DNA of 64,000 nucleotides, taken from Trichosphaerium sp. ATCC 40318 (Eukaryota > Protista > Tubulinea). Where the stretch lies: the NCBI GenBank assembly GCA_038496445.1, contig JALMLS010000487.1, positions 212,407-276,406 on the forward strand. Reading direction: 5' to 3'. Below, piece after piece: positions 37,445 through 48,002 of this stretch (position 1 is its first letter; every line of letters starts with the position of its first letter). The notes below the pieces were generated by a model. That model saw only the letters and a list, made by a program, of their open reading frames with translations. It had not been told where the DNA came from and did no database searches. The position numbers were made by a program, and so were the translations under genes.

Positions 37445-38940
37445 TTAGCTAAATTTTTTCGCAATAACACCTCCTCTCTTTGTTGGCATGTACTTCTTGG
37501 CCTCTAAAAGGTAAAATGAGCAAAAACAGTACTCTACAAGCAAACACAAGAACTAGTGGCGGCTTCTTAATCAAAACGTACCTTCTAACTCGCGTTCTAC
37601 CCACCAGATAGCTCCTTCACCAGTGCCTCCAGCACCAAGCTTAGCTTGGGCAAGGGCTTCTTCAGCTTCCTTTACAGCCTTTTGTGCTGCATCTACAGCA
37701 GCATCAGCTGCTTGTCTTGATTTGGCCGCTTTCTTAGTAGCAGCTTCACAAGTAAGCTTAGCACGACGTAGAGGTAATGGATCCTCTCCCAAATGCTACA
37801 ACACAAGTGTTAACGCTTTGAATCGAGATTTCCTACGCGCGTAAATACGTACTTGGGCTAATTCGTTCTTTGCGCGCATTTTGGCAACCACACCTCCTTC
37901 TTCACTCTTCTTGGTGAGTTCTTCTGTTTTGTTATTGTAATCATCCTCTTGCTTCTTCAAGTCATCCAAAGCTGCTTGTAGTTCTGCCTCAGCAGCAGCA
38001 GCGGCTTCAGCCTTAGCAGAAGCATCCTTGAAGAGTACTTGGACTTCTTTCAGCATAGCTGAACATCTAGCGATTTCTTCAGCATTAGAACCCTGTTTAG
38101 AAGTGTTAACGAAGAGAGCACACGTTTACAATAAGCCAAGGAGGAGAAAGGCCGAACCTGAGGGCGTTTGAGGAAATCCTAAAAACACGTAGTCAGAAAT
38201 CAAGAACAAGTAGATGGTTTGCGTGTAAGCGATTTTTTGGTTACCTCAATTTTTTTGCTGAAGTGCCACAAGAGGAACTCTAGAAGAGCAAGTCTTTTAT
38301 TGAAATCTCTGTCCATGGCACTAATTTCAGCACGCATAGCTACACAAATAAGGGTAAAAATAACAAAAGATTCAAAAAGCAAAGTGTGAGCTGTTTTGCG
38401 TTACCTTTGACAGTCTTAGTGTCACCAATGTGCTCGAGGAACCTAATTTGAGCGTCAGAGTAGAAAACAAACGAAAGTTTCTGTAAATTAAAGAATTGAT
38501 GATATAAACATGCCTGTGAGCGTTGAATTCATCCTAGGTCTGCGTTAGAGGAGTTTTATATAAACAAAAGAATTCATACCAAATCACTTCCTTCAGCGGC
38601 GTTTTCTTCATCTAGAGATGCGAACTTAAGCGCCCACTCCCAAATCTTCTCTTTGTTGTCTTTGGGCGGTTAGTGTAATGCTAAAACGAGTTGAAGATAC
38701 CTGACAAATCATCCCAGTACGCGTTGAGGCTAAAGCAGGTACATTAGAGACTTCTTAGCTTGCGGGTAAAAAATATTTTTGGGTTACGTAAAATTACGTA
38801 CAAAACTTGTCCTTGCTCTGCGTAGGTTCTTTGAGTGTACTCCTTAAATTTTGCTTCTGCAAAACAATTGAGAATTTGTTTAACCAGGTTACGACGCTCA
38901 TTATGAAACAAGCAACACTAAAACTACGCGTACCTGCCAT
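37445..38940 (-). CDS. 34-kDa calcium-regulated actin-bundling protein (ABP34/AbpB-like), copy 1, 11 exons
   Basis: Spliced MAEAKFKEYTQRTYAEQGQVFLNAYW...LDEFNAHRFLEHIGDTKTV...DRDFNKRLALLEFLL...AKNELAQHLGEDPLPLRRAKLT...GAIWWVERELEEAKKYMP, typical of the amoebozoan ABP34 family. Confidence 0.88.
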
Positions 38941-39204
38941 TGCTACTTTGTCACAAAATATTTGCCCGAAATACGCTTAAACGCTTTAAGTTGCTTAGCT
39001 TTTCGCTCTTATCGTCAAGGTGACAAGTTAGCAAAGTCCATTTACCAAAAAGAAGAACAGAGAGGTAGTCACCACGAAAATGATTTTTTACTTTTTGACA
39101 CATTGTTTTATGTCCTTTATACAGCCTTGAAAATGGTTTGTTGGTCTATGTTACATATAATACACGCCCAGCTCAAAGCTGATATTTTACAATTATTTGT
39201 GGGC

Positions 39205-39743
39205 TTATTCGTCGCTATCAGACTCTTCACTAGCGTCAAGCTTCTCGAAGTCTAAAATTTCTTCTTCTTCTTCTTCGTCGTCAAAGACTGTTGAAGAGAA
39301 TCTTCGAGAGAGTCTTGTTCTGCTTCTAGGTTTACCCCAGTCACCGTAAATGAAACCAAACGCTAAGGAGAAAAAAAATTAGTAACCGTTACGTTGAATC
39401 AACAATTTCTTGAGGCTTTGGTAGTGATGGCAGTGACGTACAGTCAGGGGCAGTTACAGTGCCAGTTTTGAAGTGACCTCTAATTTTGTTTTGAGATAGA
39501 CGAGAGATACGGTCAGTTTTGTAGTTTTGTTCTGCTTCGTTCGCGATGTTGGCAAGTTGTCTTGACTAGCAACGGTTACAAAAAAGAACGGTAAAAGTCG
39601 CTAGAAAGTGCTGTAAAACTTACCAAAGAACCGCGTGAGGCTTTTCCAGTCCTTCTTGAGCGCTTTGACGCTCTTGATTTTACAGGTGACGTCAGCTTTG
39701 GTTTAGAGCTCTTTCTCTTTGATGTTCTGCTTCTGCTTGACAT
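39205..39743 (-). CDS. Small (~130 aa) protein with R/K/S-rich N-terminus and acidic tail, copy 1 (missed by ORF track)
   Basis: 3 exons with GT-AG introns: MSSRSRTSKRKSSKPKLTSPVKSRASKRSRRTGK...FGFIYGDWGKPRSR...DDEEEEEILDFEKLDASEESDSDE*. Confidence 0.75.
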
Positions 39744-41096
39744 GTTGTGTGGTTAGTGTGTTGTAAAGTGTTATGTAAATTACAAAGCGGGAACTTAGGG
39801 CTTAACTTTTAGATTTTGGTGCTCAAAACAGATAGCGGTTATTTCTGCCGGTACATCACATAACTTGAAATGTTAACGCTTTGTACCGCACTTCCACACG
39901 TGTAACTGCCGAAAACAGGTATTAATTAGTAAATTTATACAATAGACAAGCCAAAGTACTGCGAGTTTTCTGAACAAAACATCTAAACAACTTTTTTCGA
40001 AACTTGGTTTTGCAGCACATTGTAAACGCAAACAAAGTAGAGGAACCGACAAAGGAGGATCCAAGCTTAGCTGGCTACAAGCGGACTGACATTACTGTCA
40101 GATTTTTATACTCGCCTTTTTTGGACAAAACAACGTGGTTTTTTTAGCTGCTCTAAATTAGGATCGCACAATTTAGAGTAGAAACAGCAGCTGAATTAAG
40201 TAAGTAAAATGCATAGGTCATCTGCTGGGTCTAAAAATCCTATCTAGACAGGTAGATGTCGGAAGTCACATAAAGGTGAATTGATAACTCCAGGTGTCCT
40301 GAAAAACTTCTTCCCATCATCAAAGTAAACTTTCGAACTCCGACACCAATGTCTAGGAATAGTATAATCCAGTATGTTAGTAGTATCAACCTGCTTAAAC
40401 ATAAATAAGCAAAACTACCTCTTGAAGCTTTACAAGATAATATTGTTCGCTCCTGGAGTACCGTTCAGACCAGCACTACCATAACTTGATGTAGAATGAC
40501 ACCAGTTACCTTCGTTTTGATAAAAACGGAGAGAACGAGTTGATGAAGATAGTTGTAAATGGATACGTACCATAACCTTCGACCAAAGCAATAACTATCA
40601 TCACAAAAGTATTCTCAATGATTTTGCTCCAGATGCATTGAGATCAAGATCTGTTCAGTAAACATAGTCTGGAGTGATACCTCCATTTAGTGTAGTGTTT
40701 CCACTTGCCGGGAAAACAATTTCAGAGGATACTTGTGTGTTTATCCTTGATGTTATCACGTGAGACTCGCTTCTTGCTAAAATAGTACAGGTAGTATCCA
40801 TGTTAGCAAAATTGACGCTTATGTTAGGTACGGCATTTTCGTGCGTAGGGGCCAATTTCGACTATTTGTGTGCGTTTCAGGAGAGCTTTGAGTGGAACGC
40901 AAAAGCCGAAACGTTGCGAGTTTTCTACTAAACTTTTCATACCAAAAAAACAAATGCAACAAATGGACCGAAATAAAAATTCAGCTAGTAAAATCAGTGA
41001 AGTCGTAATTCATTTGTAGACTCACAAACTCGTACTGAAGCAAATGTGAAAAAAAAAATAAAAAATTTGTTGTACAACCAACGAAAGCTATCTACA

Positions 41097-42710
41097 ATGG
41101 AAAAAATGTCTGAGATGGAAATGTTAGTACCACAGACACAACCAAAACGGAGGAAAATCTCTGTCCTGGCAATGGTTTGCTACATTTACACTCAAAGTAT
41201 TGTTAATTAAACCAGGTCATAAGCATTGTAGTAGTGTTAGCGATTATCATAGCCGTAGTTCCAAGTGTTTTGCTTACAAGAAGCAAAAATACAGTCCCTC
41301 AAGAAAACGTGCCTCTCGATGATATCCCTGACTATGGACGCGCTACACAAGGTACACGCGCACTACAAATCATCAATGTAAGGTTAAATAACAAATTCAC
41401 TAGCGAAAGTTCCAGAAGCAACCTGGAAATATATACTTGGTCAGGCTGGCGCTCAAGTTACTTATACACAAAATTCTGAAGAGTTCAACAAGATTTTTTT
41501 AGTGCCACGTGCATTGACAAAAGTGGGTGTACCCGACTATAGTTTGAATATTTTTGGTACGTACACAGATAGACGAACGTTTCTATATCTTTTTTTTTAC
41601 CTAATTAAAAATGTAGGCAAAACAGCTTCGTTTCCAATATTTATTGATCCTGTCGCGAAATTAGGAGGATTTCATCCAGATGGTGAAGCAGGTGTTGCCA
41701 GGGCTGCTAAGAGACTTGGAATACCTATGGCAGTATCATATCTTACTACAACACCTTTGGAAGTTATCGCAAAAGCGTGGAATGAACAGGAACGTGACGA
41801 AGGTGTTACAGCAGAAGGTGGCTTGTGGATGCAAGTTTATCTACAAAAGAATAGAACAAGCATGGAAGCAGTCATAAGGGTAACAAAGAAACATACGTGT
41901 ATGAGTACTCTTACTTATGTCGTAGTTGGCTGAAGACCTAGGATTTGATGCATTGTTGTGGACTATTGAACACGGCGAGTTTTGTGGATGTCGGCGTACA
42001 AAGGAACTTTGTTTTACCACCAGGTACTGGCAGTAGCTGACTAGTTTTAATATAAATATTGAATTTAGGTATTGAGGTTACAGTATCATGATTTATTTAA
42101 TATTTTGTATCATGTATTTAGTACAAAGTGATTGGTAGCGTATGTTACATATCTTACCGCATCCAATCACAAGAAATTGCCGTTGTGTTGTGACATCCTC
42201 AAGATTGATTACAGTATGAACACCGTCTGAATCTGCATTGAAAGAAACCATGGTTAATGTGCAGAAGCATAATCAAAACCTTGGTGGAAGGCAAATAGAT
42301 ATTTTATCCTCACCCAAAGACAACCTTAACACGTCTGTACCGCGTCTTATCCGAAAAAAATTGTTAAATCTATTTGTAGCTCTTCCAGAGATTGTGGAAG
42401 CTACAAAAGGTAGTAATGTGACAATTATGTTGGATAGCGGTATAAGACGCGGTACAGACGTGTTCAAAGCGTTGTCTTTGGGTGAGGATAAAACTAACTA
42501 AATAACAAAAGATGACTAAAGGTTTTGTTATTAGGTGCTTCTGCTGTACTTGTTGGTAGACCAATGGTGTGGGGTCTTTCAATGGATGGTTCAGACGGTG
42601 TTCATACTGTAATGTCAATATTGAGGGATGAATTGCACAACACAATGGGCAATTGTGGTTGTGCCACATTGGATGCGGTTAGAGCATATGATAACATACG
42701 CTACCAGTGA
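41097..42710 (+). CDS. FMN-dependent alpha-hydroxy-acid oxidase/dehydrogenase (glycolate/lactate oxidase family) with N-terminal TM anchor; middle part garbled
   Basis: [43 protein letters not shown]|[23 protein letters not shown]. Region ~41960-42360 is not cleanly translatable. Confidence 0.85.
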
Positions 42711-42910
42711 TCACTTTGTACTAAAGTACGATGATGAGCAAAATTGATTTAAATAAATAGTGGCGTGTTGTAAGCTTTCAGTACTTACGACACATGTGAT
42801 CTCGTTATCGGAATACAGGATGCTTCCTCTGTAACAACGAACGTTGTTGTAGAAAGAAGTTACTATTTGTTCAAATACTCTTCTAGAACACGCAGTGGTC
42901 AATGTCCATA

Positions 42911-43771
42911 AACAATGCATCAAATCCTAGGTCTTCAGCCAACTACGACATAAGTAAGAGTACTCATACACGTATGTTTCTTTGTTACCCTTATGACTGC
43001 TTCCATGCTTGTTCTATTCTTTTGTAATAAACTTGCATCCACAAGCCACCTTCTGCTGTAACACCTTCGTCACGTTCCTGTTCATTCCACGCTTTTGCGA
43101 TAACTTCCAAAGGTGTTGTAGTAAGATATGATACTGCCATAGGTATTCCAAGTCTCTTAGCAGCCCTGGCAACACCTGCTTCACCATCTGGATGAAATCC
43201 TCCTAATTTCGCGACAGGATCAATAAATATTGGAAACGAAGCTGTTTTGCCTACATTTTTAATTAGGTAAAAAAAAAAGATATAGAAACGTTCGTCTATC
43301 TGTGTACGTACCAAAAATATTCAAACTGTAGTCGGGTACACCTACTTTTGTCAATGCACGTGGCACTAAAAAAATCTTGTTGAACTCTTCAGAATTTTGT
43401 GTATAAGTTACTTGAGCGCCAGCCTGACCAAGTATATATTTCCAGGTTGCTTCTGGAACTTTCGCTAGTGAATTTGTTATTTAACGTTACATTGACGACC
43501 TGTAGTGCGCATGTACCTTGTGTAGCGCGTCCATAGTCAGGGATATCATCGAGAGGCACGTTTTCCTGAGGGACTGTATTTTTGCTTCTTGTAAGCAAAA
43601 CACTTGGAACTACGGCTATGATAATCGCTAACACTACTACAATGCTTATGACCTGGTTTAATTAACAATACTTTGAGTGTAAATGTAGCAAACCATTGCC
43701 AGGACAGAGATTTTTCGCCGTTTTGGTTGTGTCTGTGGTACTAACATTTCCATCTCAGACATTTTTTCCAT
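42911..43771 (-). pseudogene. 5'-half duplicate of the alpha-hydroxy-acid oxidase gene, truncated at the palindrome spacer
   Basis: Mirror of 41097-41957; no clean 3' exons on this strand. Confidence 0.7.
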
Positions 43772-45125
43772 TGTAGATAGCTTTCGTTGGTTGTACAACA
43801 AATTTTTTATTTTTTTTTCACATTTGCTTCAGTACGAGTTTGTGAGTCTACAAATGAAATTACGACTTCACTGATTTTACTAGCTGAATTTTTATTTCGG
43901 TCCATTTGTAGCATTTGTTTTTTTTGGTGTGAAAAGTTTAGTAGAAAACTCGCAACGTTTCGGCTTTTGCGTTCCACTCAAAGCTCTCCTGAAACGCACA
44001 CAAATAGTCGAAATTGGCCCCTACGCACGAAAATGCCGTACCTAACATAAGCGTCAATTTTGCTAACATGGATACTACCTGTACTATTTTAGCAAGAAGC
44101 GAGTCTCACGTGATAACATCAAGGATAAACACACAAGTATCCTCTGAAATTGTTTTCCCGGCAAGTGGAAACACTACACTAAATGGAGGTATCACTCCAG
44201 ACTATGTTTACTGAACAGATCTTGATCTCAATGCATCTGGAGCAAAATCATTGAGAATACTTTTGTGATGATAGTTATTGCTTTGGTCGAAGGTTATGGT
44301 ACGTATCCATTTACAACTATCTTCATCAACTCGTTCTCTCCGTTTTTATCAAAACGAAGGTAACTGGTGTCATTCTACATCAAGTTATGGTAGTGCTGGT
44401 CTGAACGGTACTCCAGGAGCGAACAATATTATCTTGTAAAGCTTCAAGAGGTAGTTTTGCTTATTTATGTTTAAGCAGGTTGATACTACTAACATACTGG
44501 ATTATACTATTCCTAGACATTGGTGTCGGAGTTCGAAAGTTTACTTTGATGATGGGAAGAAGTTTTTCAGGACACCTGGAGTTATCAATTCACCTTTATG
44601 TGACTTCCGACATCTACCTGTCTAGATAGGATTTTAGACCCAGCAGATGACCTATGCATTTTACTTACTTAATTCAGCTGCTGTTTCTACTCTAAATTGT
44701 GCGATCCTAATTTAGAGCAGCTAAAAAAACCACGTTGTTTTGTCCAAAAAAGGCGAGTATAAAAATCTGACAGTAATGTCAGTCCGCTTGTAGCCAGCTA
44801 AGCTTGGATCCTCTTTTGTCGGTTCCTCTACTTTGTTTGCGTTTACAATGTGCTGCAAAACCAAGTTTCGAAAAAAGTTTTTTAGATGTTTTGTTCAGAA
44901 AACTCGCAGTACTTTGGCTTGTCTATTGTATAAATTTACTAATTAATACCTGTTTTCGGCAGTTACACGTGTGGAAGCTGCGGTACAAAGCGTTAACATT
45001 TCAAGTTATGTGATGTACCGGCAGAAATAACCGCTATCTGTTTTGAGCACCAAAATCTAAAAGTTAAGCCCTAAGTTCCCGCTTTGTAATTTACATAACA
45101 CTTTACAACACACTAACCACACAAC

Positions 45126-45664
45126 ATGTCAAGCAGAAGCAGAACATCAAAGAGAAAGAGCTCTAAACCAAAGCTGACGTCACCTGTAAAATCAAGAGCG
45201 TCAAAGCGCTCAAGAAGGACTGGAAAAGCCTCACGCGGTTCTTTGGTAAGTTTTACAGCACTTTCTAGCGACTTTTACCGTTCTTTTTTGTAACCGTTGC
45301 TAGTCAAGACAACTTGCCAACATCGCGAACGAAGCGGAACAAAACTACAAAACTGACCGTATCTCTCGTCTATCTCAAAACAAAATTAGAGGTCACTTCA
45401 AAACTGGCACTGTAACTGCTCCTGACTGTACGTCACTGCCATCACTACCAAAGCCTCAAGAAATTGTTGATTCAACGTAACGGTTACTAATTTTTTTTCT
45501 CCTTAGCGTTTGGTTTCATTTACGGTGACTGGGGTAAACCTAGAAGCAGAACAAGACTCTCTCGAAGATTCTCTTCAACAGTCTTTGACGACGAAGAAGA
45601 AGAAGAAGAAATTTTAGACTTCGAGAAGCTTGACGCTAGTGAAGAGTCTGATAGCGACGAATAA
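45126..45664 (+). CDS. Small basic/acidic protein, copy 2
   Basis: Mirror of 39205-39743. Confidence 0.75.
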
Positions 45665-45928
45665 GCCCACAAATAATTGTAAAATATCAGCTTTGAGCTG
45701 GGCGTGTATTATATGTAACATAGACCAACAAACCATTTTCAAGGCTGTATAAAGGACATAAAACAATGTGTCAAAAAGTAAAAAATCATTTTCGTGGTGA
45801 CTACCTCTTTGTTCTTCTTTTTGGTAAATGGACTTTGCTAACTTGTCACCTTGACGATAAGAGCGAAAAGCTAAGCAACTTAAAGCGTTTAAGCGTATTT
45901 CGGGCAAATATTTTGTGACAAAGTAGCA

Positions 45929-47423
45929 ATGGCAGGTACGCGTAGTTTTAGTGTTGCTTGTTTCATAATGAGCGTCGTAACCTGGTTAAACAAATTCTCA
46001 ATTGTTTTGCAGAAGCAAAATTTAAGGAGTACACTCAAAGAACCTACGCAGAGCAAGGACAAGTTTTGTACGTAATTTTACGTAACCCAAAAATATTTTT
46101 TACCCGCAAGCTAAGAAGTCTCTAATGTACCTGCTTTAGCCTCAACGCGTACTGGGATGATTTGTCAGGTATCTTCAACTCGTTTTAGCATTACACTACC
46201 GCCCAAAGACAACAAAGAGAAGATTTGGGAGTGGGCGCTTAAGTTCGCATCTCTAGATGAAGAAAACGCCGCTGAAGGAAGTGATTTGGTATGAATTCTT
46301 TTGTTTATATAAAACTCCTCTAACGCAGACCTAGGATGAATTCAACGCTCACAGGCATGTTTATATCATCAATTCTTTAATTTACAGAAACTTTCGTTTG
46401 TTTTCTACTCTGACGCTCAAATTAGGTTCCTCGAGCACATTGGTGACACTAAGACTGTCAAAGGTAACGCAAAACAGCTCACACTTTGCTTTTTGAATCT
46501 TTTGTTATTTTTACCCTTATTTGTGTAGCTATGCGTGCTGAAATTAGTGCCATGGACAGAGATTTCAATAAAAGACTTGCTCTTCTAGAGTTCCTCTTGT
46601 GGCACTTCAGCAAAAAAATTGAGGTAACCAAAAAATCGCTTACACGCAAACCATCTACTTGTTCTTGATTTCTGACTACGTGTTTTTAGGATTTCCTCAA
46701 ACGCCCTCAGGTTCGGCCTTTCTCCTCCTTGGCTTATTGTAAACGTGTGCTCTCTTCGTTAACACTTCTAAACAGGGTTCTAATGCTGAAGAAATCGCTA
46801 GATGTTCAGCTATGCTGAAAGAAGTCCAAGTACTCTTCAAGGATGCTTCTGCTAAGGCTGAAGCCGCTGCTGCTGCTGAGGCAGAACTACAAGCAGCTTT
46901 GGATGACTTGAAGAAGCAAGAGGATGATTACAATAACAAAACAGAAGAACTCACCAAGAAGAGTGAAGAAGGAGGTGTGGTTGCCAAAATGCGCGCAAAG
47001 AACGAATTAGCCCAAGTACGTATTTACGCGCGTAGGAAATCTCGATTCAAAGCGTTAACACTTGTGTTGTAGCATTTGGGAGAGGATCCATTACCTCTAC
47101 GTCGTGCTAAGCTTACTTGTGAAGCTGCTACTAAGAAAGCGGCCAAATCAAGACAAGCAGCTGATGCTGCTGTAGATGCAGCACAAAAGGCTGTAAAGGA
47201 AGCTGAAGAAGCCCTTGCCCAAGCTAAGCTTGGTGCTGGAGGCACTGGTGAAGGAGCTATCTGGTGGGTAGAACGCGAGTTAGAAGGTACGTTTTGATTA
47301 AGAAGCCGCCACTAGTTCTTGTGTTTGCTTGTAGAGTACTGTTTTTGCTCATTTTACCTTTTAGAGGCCAAGAAGTACATGCCAACAAAGAGAGGAGGTG
47401 TTATTGCGAAAAAATTTAGCTAA
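45929..47423 (+). CDS. ABP34/AbpB-like actin-bundling protein, copy 2
   Basis: Mirror of 37445-38940; splice sites intact. Confidence 0.88.
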
Positions 47424-48002
47424 ATTGGACTTACTGTCCTCTTTGGGACCTATGTTCTGTATGGGCTGAAATGTTCTTATTGAGTAAAGCCTAGCTGTAC
47501 TTATTTACCTTGTGCACCATCTTTTGTGTCATTACTTGTTTTTTATTTCCTAGTTGGTTGTTTAGTTAGGAGCATTGTGGTCGACGAAAATAAAGGACTT
47601 GTTAATCTAAGTGAATGAGGCTAATTGTAGCCCAAGTTTCGAAAGATGTTTGTTACTTTGCTGAATTTCTCGCAGCGGTGTGGCGTTTCAGATCCAGCAC
47701 GTGCAACTTAGTGTATTAGTCCAAAGAAGTAAGAGTGTTTAACCAACTTAACTAATAGAACTGTAAGGGTAGAAGATTTCTGTCCTAAATTCAAGCAGGA
47801 TGATCATATTTTTAGTTAATTAGTAATGTATTTTTAATTCATATTTTATTAGTTTCCTTGATCCACATGTTCTTTTTCAAAAATTAAAGTATGTACATTA
47901 TAATCACGTGATGTTTGAAAAAAAGAGTATTTGATGTTGTTTTTTTTGGTTGTCTCCTGCCTTTGGGTTTTGCCAAAGGGAGGCTTTGTGTTGTGTTGTT
48001 GT

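Larger units (their letters stand above)
26294..41957 (+). repeat. Left arm of ~31.7 kb palindrome (inverted segmental duplication)
   Basis: Reverse complement of 42911-58001. Mirrored ORFs include 33282-33542/51310-51570, 37796-38056/46812-47072 and 41234-41479/43389-43634. Confidence 0.97.

Noticed and set aside
38962-39255. 97-aa ORF MPEIRLN... conserved in three copies
   Set aside because: Conservation is explained by the duplication; it spans an intergenic/promoter region and the antisense of a 3' end, with no recognisable motifs.
40190-40855. Exon-like fragments with splice signals (mirror 44014-44670)
   Set aside because: I could not build an open spliced frame or recognise a family; may be a gene remnant.
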